Positions 48,814-60,611 of a stretch of 60,611 nucleotides of DNA are shown in pieces (position 1 is the stretch's first letter; each line of letters starts with the position of its first letter). The notes under the pieces were generated by a model, which was not told the DNA's origin, searched no databases, and saw only the letters and a list, made by a program, of their open reading frames with translations. This stretch comes from Selaginella moellendorffii (Eukaryota > Plantae > Lycopodiophyta), in the NCBI RefSeq assembly GCF_000143415.4, contig NW_003314411.1:1-60611 (forward strand), given 5' to 3'. A program made the translations under genes and the position numbers.

Positions 48814-51481
48814 TCAGAAACGTATTTGGCGCGAAACTAAGACCCCCGAGTCCCAAGTCTCGCACCACCTACAAAGAAGGAAAAAGGACGCCATCAAAGA
48901 TGGATAGACAAGAAGAAAGATATGATCACCTGGAGCCGGACGAGTCGCAAAAGATGCATTCGCCATGCCTCGAATTTTTCCAGAAGTGCCCAAACAAAAC
49001 ACTGCCGTCTGCCGAGTAGTATCGCCCTTGTCCGTGCGCTCTCCCTTGCACAAATTCGGCATGGAGCCGGTCGCCCGAGTGGAAATAAAACCATCCCTGA
49101 GACCACACCTCAATGCTTGGCTTGACGATCAAAACACATACCTTTCCATGGATGAGATTGTCACGCCAGTGCCCTTGGTAGACGTCGCCATTTGCATAGT
49201 AAAGCGTTCCCATCCCATTTCTCTTGCCTTGGACCCAATCCCCGTCGTAGAAGCTCCCATCAGCGAACGTCCATCGACCCTGAAAACGTATAGCCACGAT
49301 GAGAAAATAAGAAGGAATTTAAACGCTCGTTACTTGATTACCTTGCCATCTGGTTGTCCTCCTTCACAACGTCCTTTATACGAACCACCTTGACAGTTCA
49401 TCTCCACCGACGGAGAGAGGCTTCTCGGACTTCGCTCGTTTTCCTGGTGAAGCTAATGTTAAATATGTAAGAACAAACCAAATGGAAACTTGCCAGCATA
49501 CACGCAGCTCGTTCCGACAGAGACTGCTCTGGCCTGTTGCGATCTTTGTCTTGGATCAACTCGGAGGCCGTTCTACACGCCTCCAACACCGCGTCGATTC
49601 CCATCCTTAGAACGCCGGTGTTAGGCACTGCAGCAGGGTCACAAGGCAACGGTTGCAGCGCATTCACCTTGTTTGCTTCGTGTGGTTCCATGTAGCTGTT
49701 TGCCTGTGCTTGCCGGATTTCTCGAACTCGACCAGGCTGCCGAGGCTCGTTTGATCTCGACTGGGCCCAAGCTCTCGCGTTATCAGAAAATGGTCCTGAT
49801 TCCCATGAACGACATTCCTTATCACTCGTAGAAGCGGTTGGAAACGTTCTCTGTGCCTTTGAATCGATGTGAGTTTCAGTCACGGAAGTTCCATTTGCTC
49901 TTGTATTCTCTCGACTTGTTGATGAAGAGTTTTTAGCAAGGAAATTCTCTGTAAAAGTAGAGCTCGACGTAGGAGCATTCTGACAATGTCCGCGGCTGTC
50001 TTGACGCGTGCTGGGATACACAACTTTTCCAATCAAGTTGTCTTTTACAGTTTCCATCCTGCATTGAAACTTCAAGACTTTTTCTCACGTAAGAAAGCTG
50101 CATATACCTCGTTGTCATTAACAGAACGTGATGAGTTCCAGGAGCCAAACTTGCATCAAGCACGGAAAAGCATGCAATTGTCGCCTCTGTTTTTGATACA
50201 GAACGGAGAATGCGCGCAGCGGTGCGCATTTCATCCTTTCGTACTCGCTTTGAGTTGGTCAGGGCACAAATTATTGGTCCTTGTCTCTCCTGCTCGCATC
50301 AGTTAGTATTGAGACGTATACACCAGAAAGAAAAACATACCGTCTCTGACACGGGAACCATGTCGAGAGCTTCCTTGACTGCTTCCGTCAGCGAAATCCC
50401 ACTTCCAAGCCTTACATTTGCTGAGCCCCATAGCCGAAGGATCTGAGCAGAACCGAATAGTAACAAATGAATGAAAGAGAAACGTATCTTACCATTTCAG
50501 AAATAGAGAATTCAGTAGTTCCATCATAAAAGAAAGACGTTTGGCCCTGTAGAAGACGATGACAGTTGTCGAAAACTAAGAGCAATGTCGTCACTTACAG
50601 ATATCAACTGAGAGACAGCCTGAACTCCGAGTGAAACCATAATGTTAGATAGACAAGTTGCTTCCATTACAGTAAGACCATCTCTTGTCAGTAATGTCTC
50701 GTGATCGATCACTGCAAAGTAAGAAACCTCACATAATTTGCGACAAAGATCAGTCATCTTACCAAGAAGTAAGTCAGCAGCAGCTTTAAGAGTGGCAAGA
50801 CTCCGCTCAGCCTACTTTCGAAGAAACAGTAAAAACTGCCAGCTCATCAAAGACTTACTTTCTCCAGACGTCTTTGGCCCTCAAATCTGAATGGTTTCGT
50901 GGCGATACAAAACCCGATACCACCACCAGCGCGCACAGCCCTGAGTTTAGCACATATTGCATCCAAGCATTGACAAGTCCCTGCTCCAAAGACCTTGAAA
51001 ATATGCCTGAGTTTATCTTCGAATGGAATAAAATCTCGTATAAACATACCAGCACAATCGCAGCTTCCACAGTTGATGAAGTTTCAGCAAGCCGAATAAG
51101 CGGTCCTTCCATTTCGATTCCTAAGCACAGAAATATTTTCACGGAAACGAGTAAAGAAGAATCAATTCGTACCTTCTCTTACTTCCATTCTCTCTCGAAA
51201 CCTGTTAAGAAATTTATATAGCTAAGGCTAAAAACGAAGAAGAGAATGAGCTACCTTTGGTTCAAGACTGTCGCAACTCGCGAGCTCCACAATGCCGCCC
51301 GCGACGATTCTAGCTCGGGATTCCTCTCCTTCTCTTGTCTAGAACCAAGCAGCACACTGCATTCTACCACTCTTCTCTTGCTCTCGGGCGACATCGATAC
51401 CTTCAAAACACAGGGCTCACGCAATCGCGCAACGGCAGCTCCACTGGCCTGGCAAAATGCCACGCCGATGCCCAGCGCCAT
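48814..51481 (-). CDS. ARC3: ACCUMULATION AND REPLICATION OF CHLOROPLASTS 3 (FtsZ-like domain plus MORN repeats), multi-exon
   Basis: Transit-peptide-like start MALGIGVAFCQ; FtsZ-like IATKPFRFEGQRR and VIDHETLL; SLSERAA; C-terminal MORN repeats (GSFYDGDWVQGKRNGMG). Exon phases not all verified. Confidence 0.88.
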
Positions 51482-51606
51482 TGCCTCGCCCTCCCAGCGC
51501 TCGCCCTAGCGCTGGCCCTTCCCTATTTCCAAAATCTCCTTCCCTCCATTATTTAGGGTTCTTTGAGCAATGCGATTCCATCGCGCTCGCTTCTAGGGAG
51601 GATGGA

Positions 51607-53622
51607 ATGCAGCGATCGATCCAGACGCCAGATTTCTGTCAGGTAAGTGAGCTTTCGCAAAGGATTCCAAGCTAGGCCGACCGTTTTTCTTCCTAGTAGC
51701 TCGAGACCATCGATCGCAAGCAGACCAGGCTACGACGATACCTCGCCGGGCTCAAAGAATGCGGCAGCTCCAAGGATCTGGCAAGAGGGAAAAGAATCCA
51801 CAGCGAGGCCGTCCAGAGTGGGGACGAGAGCAACATCTACTTGGCCAGCAGTCTCATCAGCATGTATTCCAAGTGTGGAGATCTTCCCGACGCGAGGGAA
51901 GTTTTCGACAGGCTTCCTCGCCGCAACCGCGACGTAGCAGTCTGGACGGCCTTGATCATGGGCTACGCGGACAACGGACTGGAAGATCGAGCACTGGAGG
52001 AGTTTTTCCGCATGGATTGCCCGCTGAATCCTCGACCATTCGTCGCTGCGCTCAAGGCTTGCTCGAGTCTGGCGGAGAAGGAAGAAGCCATACAGGATGG
52101 TGGTAAGGCTATGGCGATTAAGTCAAGGAGCCTCGAGAGAGGCCGGGAGATACACGCTCGGGCTTGCAGGCTTGGATTCGACTCTAGTGATGTTTTCGTG
52201 GGGAATACGCTGGTGGATATGTACGCGAAGTGCGGAAGCATGGCCGATGCTCGCAGAGCGTTTGAGAAGATCATGGCTCCAGACACGATCTCCTGGAACG
52301 CTCTAGTGCTGGGATATGCAACGAACCACGAAGAAGCAGTGGCCTTTGAGGTGTTCTCTCGATTTCTCTCGACTCGGCTCCAACCGGATCATTTGAGCTT
52401 TGTGGCAGTTCTCAAGGCATGCAGTAGCTTAGCAACGAAAGAAGTGGCTGCTCATAACAGGCTCGTCAAAGTTTTTGCTTTGGAGAAAGGCATGGCTGTT
52501 CATGCTGAGGCAGGAAGAAGAGGACTTGATACCAGCCTCTTCGTGGCCAGCAGTCTAGTAGACATGTACTCCAAGTGTGGGAGCATGGTGGACGCTCAGA
52601 GGATCTACAACAAGCTGGAGTCATGCAACGTTGTTCTTTGGACAGCGCTCATGCTGGGATACGCAGAAAATGGCGAAGAAGATCTGGCACTGAAGCTATT
52701 CATAGAGCTAAGACCGAGAAGTTGCCGACCAAATGCTCTGAGCTTTCTGGCTGCATCGAAAGCTTGCACCGGCCTCGCAGTGAAAGAAGAAATCCAACAC
52801 CAACAAGTGGAGACGATCAAGAGAAGGCCAGTGAAGATCAACTCTCTGGAGAAGGGGATGGCCGTGCACTCAGAAGCTATCAGGTGTGGCTGCTGCGATC
52901 TCTTCCTCACGAGCAACCTGGTGGACATGTACGCAAAGTGTGCAAGCATGGAGGACGCTCAGCGGGCCTTTGACGGAATGGAGCGGCGAAACGCGGTTCT
53001 ATGGACGGTACTTCTGGCGGGATACGTTGAAAACGGTGAAGGTGAAAAGGCTTGCGAGCTCTTCGCTCCAATGCAACGCGACGGATGCCATCCAAACTCG
53101 GCCTCATTCGTCGCAGCACTGGGGGCCTGCAGGGACGGAGTTTCGATCGAAACCGGCAGGGCCTTCCACGCTGATATTTGCCGGAGTGGCGTCGAGTGTG
53201 AGACACAGGTCGGCAGCAAACTCGTGGACTTGTATTCCAAGTCCGGGATGGTGTCCAAAGCTCGCGAGGTATTCGATTCACTTCCAGAGAGGAACTTGGT
53301 AACTTGGACGTCGCTACTGGCAGGATATAGTCGCGAAGGGAGGACGCGAGAGGTTTTCCATCTCTTCGGCGGGATGCTAGACGAGGGCCTCCAGGTGGAC
53401 AGGGTGACGATGCTGTGCCTTCTCACGGCTTGTAGCCATGCCGGGCTCGTGGAGAGGGGCCGTGAGCTTCTTAAGTCGATGAGCTCCAGGTATGGAGTGA
53501 GTCCTGGCGTGGAGCACTGCGAATGCATGGCCGATTTGCTGGAGAGAGCTAACGAGCCCGAAGCTGCAAGAGAGATGAGAAAGATGGTGGCCAGGAAAGA
53601 AAATCCAACAATAATAAACTGA
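51607..53622 (+). CDS. PLS-class PPR protein without a DYW domain (exon 1 51607-51642, exon 2 51700-53622; start uncertain)
   Basis: P-L-S triplets (SLISMYSKCG, VWTALIMGYADNG, FVAALKACS), ACSHAGLVERG, EHCECMADLL. Confidence 0.92.
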
Positions 53623-53639
53623 AATTAACTTAGTGCTAA

Positions 53640-53713
53640 GGCCTTTTAGCTCAGTTGGTCATACCGTGGTGCTAATACCGCCAAGGTCGCAGGTTCGAAA
53701 CCTGCATAGGCCA
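53640..53713 (+). tRNA. tRNA-Ile(AAT), variant or possibly pseudo
   Basis: GGCCTTTTAGCTCAGTTGG...CTAATAC...GGTTCGAAACC...GGCCA. The D-stem and one acceptor pair are mismatched. Confidence 0.75.
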
Positions 53714-53931
53714 AAAGTGCTGTAGTAAACAAGGATGTTTTTTCTCTCTATCTGCGGCTTTAAGAAATCTTCCATAACCTTGTATAGTTTCTGATTCATA
53801 CGCCGAATGTTGTATCGATCAATGTTCCAATGTTAATGAACTTGGTGTTATTTACATATAATATTTATGGCAGAACTATTAGTTATGTTCGATAGCTAAT
53901 AACTTATTAGCAATTGGTATATCTCATGCAT

Positions 53932-55308
53932 TTAACTTCTAACCGGCTTTTCAAGCAAAGCAGTGAGAAAGACATGGCGAGAGCTGTGAGAGTCAACGGA
54001 CCATCTAACTCTCTCATAGCCCATGCGATCAATGGCAGGAACATAGACCGTTTGCAACATCTCATAGCTGCAAGCCAGCTTCTCGAGCCACAAGAGCCCT
54101 CCAGGCCTCAATATCCTGTCCAGATCATACACAAGGAACTCGAAGCTTTCAGCGGGCATGGAGCCCGATCCAACGATGTCCTCGGCGTGGACGATATCCA
54201 TGGTGTTGTCAAAGAAGGGCAGCCGCTGGGATATGGTGACATGCATGGGCACCAAGCCCCTCGCCGCCACGACACTGCTCAAGGGAGCGCCCACGTCCAA
54301 TGTGGTGGTGACGATCGTCACGCCCATCTCTCGCATCCTAGCTGCAAAGGTTCCACTCCCGCCGCCCAGATCGAGCCCAATCCTCAGCCCACCTCGCTTC
54401 ATCGCCAGCACCCCGTGAATGACGAGGTCGTGATCGTCGCGAGCGCTCACCCATCTGTGCTTCTCCTTGTCCAAATCGAGGCAGGAATCGCAGCTCATGA
54501 TCGAGCTCGAGCTATGGCGGCCCAGGCAGCTGAAGTTCTTGCAGGCGTAGTGCGTCCAGAGGATGGAATTGTCGGGAGGGAGGCTCCAGAGACAAGCCGG
54601 GAAGGGCAGCGGATCGCTGGACGAGTTTGGGGATATTGCGAAGCATCGCCTGCGCGGGAGAGGCTCGCAGCCTTGCAGCATCAGCGTTTGTGCGAGATCG
54701 GAGTCGTCCGGGCAAAGGCCTCCCACGGGGTAGTCCATGAAGGTCTGGAGGAGATCCTTGCTGCTGGATCCGGCGCACGCGTGGCCCACCGGCGATGCCA
54801 CCCTTGAGATCTGGAAGAGCTTGTGCTTGCCGAGAGGAAGGTCGCGGAGCGCGATGAACTCCTGGAGCTCGGAGCTGGGGATTGGATCCAAGAGATTGAG
54901 GTTGTCGTTCACATTTTCGGGATGCATGGATTGATCTTCGTTCTCCTCTCGCTGACTCCTTGGCTTTGGATCTCGCTGCTGATCTAGCCGACCCAGAAAC
55001 GAGGATAGATCGTTCCGGATCCCGACCAGCTGAATCTGCGCTAGCTCCAGCTCGTGGTGGACGCGAGAGATGTGGCTCGTGATCTTCGTCGCCTGAAGCT
55101 TGCTCGATCTTTCGCCGGCTAATCTGGAGAAGAAGCTGCTGTAGCTCTTGCTGCCATGATCGTGCTGCGAGCTCGTTGCTGTGAGGCTGTAGAGCATCAC
55201 AAAGTTGGTTCCAAGGAGACAAAGTAGAATCACGCATTTCCAAATGCCTATGCAAATCCTAGTGCAGTAGCTACTCTTTTTCTCGTCTGCCGCTCTCTTG
55301 CTTCCCAT
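53932..55308 (-). CDS. Type II membrane SAM-dependent methyltransferase (Methyltransf_29-like), intronless
   Basis: N-terminal TM, GCEPLPRRRC, IGLDLGGGSGTFAARM, RLPFFDNTMDIVH, DRILRPGG. Confidence 0.92.
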   Translation of the reverse strand: MGSKRAADEKKSSYCTRICIGIWKCVILLCLLGTNFVMLYSLTATSSQHDHGSKSYSSFFSRLAGERSSKLQATKITSHISRVHHELELAQIQLVGIRNDLSSFLGRLDQQRDPKPRSQREENEDQSMHPENVNDNLNLLDPIPSSELQEFIALRDLPLGKHKLFQISRVASPVGHACAGSSSKDLLQTFMDYPVGGLCPDDSDLAQTLMLQGCEPLPRRRCFAISPNSSSDPLPFPACLWSLPPDNSILWTHYACKNFSCLGRHSSSSIMSCDSCLDLDKEKHRWVSARDDHDLVIHGVLAMKRGGLRIGLDLGGGSGTFAARMREMGVTIVTTTLDVGAPLSSVVAARGLVPMHVTISQRLPFFDNTMDIVHAEDIVGSGSMPAESFEFLVYDLDRILRPGGLLWLEKLACSYEMLQTVYVPAIDRMGYERVRWSVDSHSSRHVFLTALLEKPVRS

Positions 55309-55532
55309 CTCTCTCTATAGATTGAAAGTTTCGTGGCTCGCTCATGGCATGCTTGAAGGAATGAAACTCAGATCGTGGATTAACTATAGAAGATCAATCA
55401 TGATGGCTTCGTGGATTATAGTATGATGGTCAGGTTGGTAATCATGGCGATGCGTTGGAGGAAAATTTTCCTATGTAGATTCCACTTTGTTGGTATCCCA
55501 TGGACTTCGTAATATTTTGAAATACTTTCATA

Positions 55533-55811
55533 ATGTCTATCTTAATAATTCGTATCTTCATGATCCTAGGAAAAACTCACCGCTCAAGCTTGCTAAAAGT
55601 CATACCAGAATTACTATCAAATGGTCATCCCACCATTCCAGAATGCCGGAGGCCTATCAATTCTCTACTGTATAGATACGTGAAATCTAGGAGCCAGTGT
55701 AGCTTGGGGGTGAACAATCCTGGGAAAACAACCCAGGATACTAATTCAGCTCTTAACTGGACTCAAGCTTCTTGGACAAATAAGTATGATAAAAGAAATT
55801 TCCTTGCAGTG
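55533..55811 (+). pseudogene. Compressed remnant of a Spherulin-4-like gene
   Basis: Signal peptide, LYRYVKSRSQCSLGVNNPG and WTQASWTNKYD match the gene at 57014-57841. Confidence 0.85.
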
Positions 55812-56958
55812 GGTTTGAATTTGAATATCTTTGAGTGTTACTTAATTTCTCAATTAGAATGAACTTAGAACCCTCGAGTTCATTAAGTTTTGTATTTGCC
55901 CGAACAAAGGTGTATCAACTAAATAAGGTTTTCAATGAAATTGTCAATAGAAAAAATCCAAAAATTATAAACTAAATGAATTTGCTTGTAGTACAATTCA
56001 CTATGCTTTAGTGTTCTCTAATCATTATGCAAACTTTCATAAAAGAAACAAATATTCATACCATAAATTTCTTTCCAAGTAATTTCTATAACTGATGGAG
56101 AATATTAAAACAATCGTGGAATAGATAAGTTATAAAATAATAATTTATTGCGGTTTTCTTAATAGTAGTGTTATTCCTATTTATCAATATAATTGATAAA
56201 ATAAAAGTTTATAATTATAAACATGTTTGTAATTTATAAACAATATATTAATCTTATTGCATATCAACCATTAGATGGTAGAATAAACTATAATATACTA
56301 CAAAGTGTTTAGGAAAGTTTATAAATTATAAATACAAGATTAATCTAAATGAATAATAACTGTTAGATTGTAGAATATCCTAGAATATTCAAGCATATTC
56401 TAGCTATATTCACTGGCATTTTAGTCCCCTACCATTTTGCCTTAAGTAAACCAATAATTTGTATGTTGTCTAATGGCTTGCTATGAACTTTTTGTTGAAG
56501 GATTAAAAAAATATTAAACCAAAATCATATCAGAAAAAGTATATATTACATATATACATAGAAAATAAAATGATTTAAACTTTAGAGTATTATTTTATTT
56601 CCTGGATGCTGGATCTATGCCCTTAAAAACATAAAAATAAATAAAATATGAATCTATGCAACTAAAAGTAAAACATAATTGGAAATTAATGGGAATGTTG
56701 TGTAAATTCTTACAAATTTATAAAAAGAATAATGAATATCTAAAAATTTATTTTTATATATACAAGAATATTCAAACATATGCTAGAAGAAGATAATAAT
56801 ATCAATAGGTAGAGAACCACTTCTGGCTGTGTGGTGGATTTAGAGCTTTAGAAAAGATTGGTATGTGTGGTAAGATAAAGGAGAGGTGTTGCTACAGAGC
56901 TACAAAATTGTCAAAAGTAAGATATTGCCTTATTGGTGATCAATTAAAAGCCCAACTC

Positions 56959-56966
56959 TATATAAT
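56959..56966 (+). promoter_or_regulatory. Putative TATA box
   Basis: TATATAAT about 50-80 nt upstream of the Spherulin-4-like ATGs. Confidence 0.5.
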
Positions 56967-57013
56967 AGTCTCATTAATTCAAAACATCTCACCCTCTCTT
57001 CTTTTTTACTTTC

Positions 57014-57841
57014 ATGTTTAGTGGATCATATCTCATAATGTCTCTCTTAGCAATGCTTATCTTCACAATCCTAGGAAGAACTCACTGCTCAAGCCTGCTG
57101 AAAATCATGGTACCAGCATACATCTATCCTTCTCCCGGCAATACTGCATGGCAGACCCTCACTACCCAAGCAGCCCAATTTCCATACCGCCTGGTTACAA
57201 TCATAAATCCCAATAATGGTCCTGGTACTTCTGCAATCTCAGACTACCAAAATGCCATCCAAGCTTTCAAGAATGCCCAAGGTCTCTCACTCGGTTATGT
57301 TCCCACAACATATGGCAACCGGGCATATGCAAATGTTATTTCTGATGTTGATAAATACTATAGCTTCTACCCCAATATCAGTGGCATCTTTTTTGATGAG
57401 GCAAACTCCAACAATGGCTCCCAAGGTTATTACCAGAACCTCTATAGATATGTGAAATCTAAGAGCTCATGTAGCTTGGTGGTGAATAATCCTGGGACAG
57501 CAACACTGGAATCTTATCTAATATATAATGGGTCACGAGTGACTGATGTGATCTGTGTCTTTGAGGGTAACAATACAGCACAAAGAGCTCTCACTTGGAC
57601 TCAAGCTTCATGGACCAATAAATATGACCGAAGTAATTTCCTTGCAGTGGCTTACAATATCAGTAGTGGGGTTTACCAGAGTGTTATGGATCATGCTTAC
57701 CAGCAAAACACTGGATGGGTTTATGTTACTGATGATGGTGGCAATAATCCTTATGATAATATTCCACCTTATTTTGCAGACCAAGTAGCTTATGCAAGTA
57801 CTTATTCGAAGAACCAGAATTGTCCATGGAATATTATATAA
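57014..57841 (+). CDS. Secreted Spherulin-4 / GH135-like glycoside hydrolase, intronless
   Basis: Signal peptide; VPAYIYP, IINPNNGPG, LGYVPTTYG, GIFFDE, VNNPGT, DVICVFE, VYVTDD, NPYDNIPPYF. Confidence 0.88.
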   Translation: MFSGSYLIMSLLAMLIFTILGRTHCSSLLKIMVPAYIYPSPGNTAWQTLTTQAAQFPYRLVTIINPNNGPGTSAISDYQNAIQAFKNAQGLSLGYVPTTYGNRAYANVISDVDKYYSFYPNISGIFFDEANSNNGSQGYYQNLYRYVKSKSSCSLVVNNPGTATLESYLIYNGSRVTDVICVFEGNNTAQRALTWTQASWTNKYDRSNFLAVAYNISSGVYQSVMDHAYQQNTGWVYVTDDGGNNPYDNIPPYFADQVAYASTYSKNQNCPWNII

Positions 57842-58698
57842 TGAGATAGATCGGTACAGATGGATGTATAAAGGTCACCCCATGGGGCATCAGATCTATT
57901 GGCAAAGTTATTGCATGTTGTTGTTGTTGCTTCTAGAATGTCTTGAAGCTTGCTTAAGGTGGGTGACAAATTATTGTTGGGTAAACTGCAATTCATCAAG
58001 CCTGTAGGGTGGATGTTTTGATGATGAACTAATACTGATGAGAGCCACTAAAACCTCTATTCAAATTTCACATTTACTAATTAATTTACCTTTTCTCGTA
58101 AAGTATGGGCATTCTTGGATGATGATCTATTTCATTGCACACTAGCAAAGCATCCAACCTTTTATATTTGGAACTTATTTTGGAGGGACAGTAGCATTGG
58201 AGTAAGGAGTGATTTTATTGAAAACTAACCTCAAGTTAATTTAAAAACATAATGGGTCTATATTAATCCTACATGCGTATAGTAAGTTTTGAGTTCAAAT
58301 TCTGTGAGTAAATATTTAATGTTTGAATCCTGTTGTGGTGTCAAAATACACTTTATCCAATACAAGGAAATAACAAATACATAACAATGTAAGTGCTATA
58401 GAAGTTTATGGCTTAATTTCCTCATATTTTTCTAATGTGGCTACTATTGCTGACTATGATGGAGGCAATAGGCTATTGTACTATAGGCCTCTCCATTTTG
58501 GGTGAATTTTCTAGCCACTCAAAGAATTTTTCATTAAGAAAATCTACAAGATAAACATAATAGAAAGATTGATACTAGATCATTTAGTTTATATGATCTT
58601 TTACACTGCTTGACTTTTACCAAGTACTTCATTTTCTTTTAGGTGCTATGATCAGTAAACTTCCATTCGAGGTATATAATATCTATTTTAAGCATTGC

Positions 58699-58955
58699 NN
58701 NNNNNNNNNNNNNNNNNNNNNNNNNNNNNNNNNNNNNNNNNNNNNNNNNNNNNNNNNNNNNNNNNNNNNNNNNNNNNNNNNNNNNNNNNNNNNNNNNNNN
58801 NNNNNNNNNNNNNNNNNNNNNNNNNNNNNNNNNNNNNNNNNNNNNNNNNNNNNNNNNNNNNNNNNNNNNNNNNNNNNNNNNNNNNNNNNNNNNNNNNNNN
58901 NNNNNNNNNNNNNNNNNNNNNNNNNNNNNNNNNNNNNNNNNNNNNNNNNNNNNNN
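58699..58955. other. Assembly gap
   Basis: Run of N. Confidence 1.
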
Positions 58956-59039
58956 TTCCATTACTTTTGTCTCCCCACTATTTTTTCTTATGTTTCCCTT
59001 TTGTTCTGCTCTTCCCTTTTCTTATCCCTTTGGTAGTCT

Positions 59040-60611
59040 TCGTGGTGCAACAGTTGACCAGCTTATGAAAAAGTATGCTAATCTATTTGAATTTGATTTA
59101 TTGTTTGGGGCCAAGATTGCCACATGTCATTTAATTCCAATTGGGGATCCTCATCCAATCAAGGTTTTTGTTCGTCGTCGGTCACCCAAAGAGATCAAGA
59201 TTTTATATGTAAACGTCAAAGAGATGTTAGAAAAAGGTGTTATTCGAAAGTGGTAAAGTTCTTAGGTATATGAACCTCATCTTGTGACAAAGCTTGATGG
59301 GAGTATTTGTTTCTGTATTGATTATCATCCGTTAAATAAAGTGACGATCCTGGATGTGTACCCTCTTCCTCACATTATTGATATCTTGGATTGTCTAGGA
59401 AGAAGTCATTAGTTCACCAAACTAGATCTTGCTTCTGGGTACTGGCAAGTATTGATGGCCTAAAAAAATATTCCTAAGACTACCTTTCATACACCATTTA
59501 ATTTATACGAGTTTTTGGTGATACTGTTTGGTTTGAACAATGCTTTAATGACTTTTCAGTAAATGATGGATGAGGTTCTTTGCGATATGCCGAAGGTGAC
59601 TACTGACTTTATTGATGATGTTTCGATCCATTCGGAGGGGACATGTGAGGAACATGTCTGTGATGTTTGTAAAGTGTTGGATGGGCTATGGGAAATTGGT
59701 ATAAAGATGAAGTAGTCGAAGTGTGTGTTTAGATCCAAAGTGTGTGTAGATTGTATTTTTCATGAGGTTTGCAAGTTGATCTTGAGAAATTTGTGGTTGT
59801 TCTAAGTTCCCTACTTCGAAGTTTGTGAATGATGTACAACACTTCCTGAACAAAGTGCAATATCTCAGTTATTTTATGGATCATCTTTTTGATTGCATTG
59901 CACCATTACGAACGTTATTGAAGTTATCAACGTTATCTTTCATCTAGTCTCTAGATTGTGAGTGGGCATTCATGGATCTTAAAGAGTTATTGACGACTCT
60001 TCCAGTTTTGACATATCCTGACTACACTCAACTTTTCATTTTACACGTAGATGCCTATAATATTAGTCTTGGAAGAGTGTTGATACAAGAGAGCTCAAGT
60101 GTGCCTAGTCAATGCCATCCCATTGCGTATATAAGCTATACATTACAACTAGTGGAGGTGAACTACTCCACAATAAAGAAGGAGTGTTTAGCAGGAGTCT
60201 AGGGTTTCAAGAAACTTCATATATATCTACATGGTTCTCGGATATTACTAAAAGGTGATCATGTTGCCATTACTTCATTATTAAAGCGGAAGAACCTGAT
60301 TGGTTGTACTGTTTAGTGGACTTTGAAGTTTCAAATATATAATTTTGATGTTATTCATTGCTTGGGGAGTTCTATAGCTGATGCTGATGCCATTTCTCGA
60401 GCTCCTCTCCTTCTTCACTCTTTTCTCATATTTTTGATGAGCCTATTGTTCCAGCATTTATGGATTTTCTAGATGAAGATTGGCAGTTGTTATATTTGAT
60501 ATTCAATGTTCACAAGAAACAAACCAAGATCTACTTTCTCTTGATGAGGTTCGCGAGGCTCAGAAGATTGAGCCGTGGATTCGAAGGCTTCGAGATGGGT
60601 TTGAGAATCCT
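59040..60611 (+). mobile_element. Degenerate Ty3/gypsy RT-RNase H
   Basis: FCIDYHPLNKVT.LDVYPLP, KLDLASGYWQV, FIDDV, PVLTYPDYTQLFILHVDA, NYSTIKKECL; many stops. Confidence 0.9.

Noticed and set aside
53914-54807. 297-aa plus-strand ORF
   Set aside because: Antisense shadow of the GC-rich methyltransferase CDS.
56155-56173. ttttcttaatagtagtg+tta as partner TIR/TSD of the CACTA end at 22659
   Set aside because: Needs a 4-nt insertion, lies in AT-rich DNA and would span 33 kb of ordinary genes; likely chance.
27675-57841. P450s plus methyltransferases as a biosynthetic gene cluster
   Set aside because: No scaffold synthase, the NMT is only a fragment, and the intervening genes are housekeeping.
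58648-59256. ORFs spanning the N run
   Set aside because: Artefacts of the assembly gap.

Overview
Plant nuclear DNA, most likely the lycophyte Selaginella (inferred from 45-60 nt introns, very tight gene spacing and PLS-PPR style; not confirmed). 0.8-4.1 kb: an apparently intact four-exon Mutator-like transposase. 4.8-6 kb: a P-class PPR remnant. 6-23 kb: a decayed Ty3/gypsy element whose integrase is split by an 11-kb inverted pair of non-autonomous LTR elements (3 LTRs, tRNA-Met PBS, ABRE arrays). 24-43 kb: a tandem/inverted segmental-duplication mosaic with two CYP85-clan P450 copies (one frameshifted) and deletion-riddled, partly micro-inverted copies of neighbouring genes. 43-58 kb: intact genes CSN3, a CHZ-domain protein, ARC3, a PLS PPR, a variant tRNA-Ile(AAT), a Methyltransf_29-like gene and an intronless secreted Spherulin-4/GH135-like glycoside hydrolase (candidate horizontally acquired antimicrobial enzyme). 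An N gap and a degenerate gypsy RT/RNase H end the window. All calls come from manual reading of the sequence, with no database searches.
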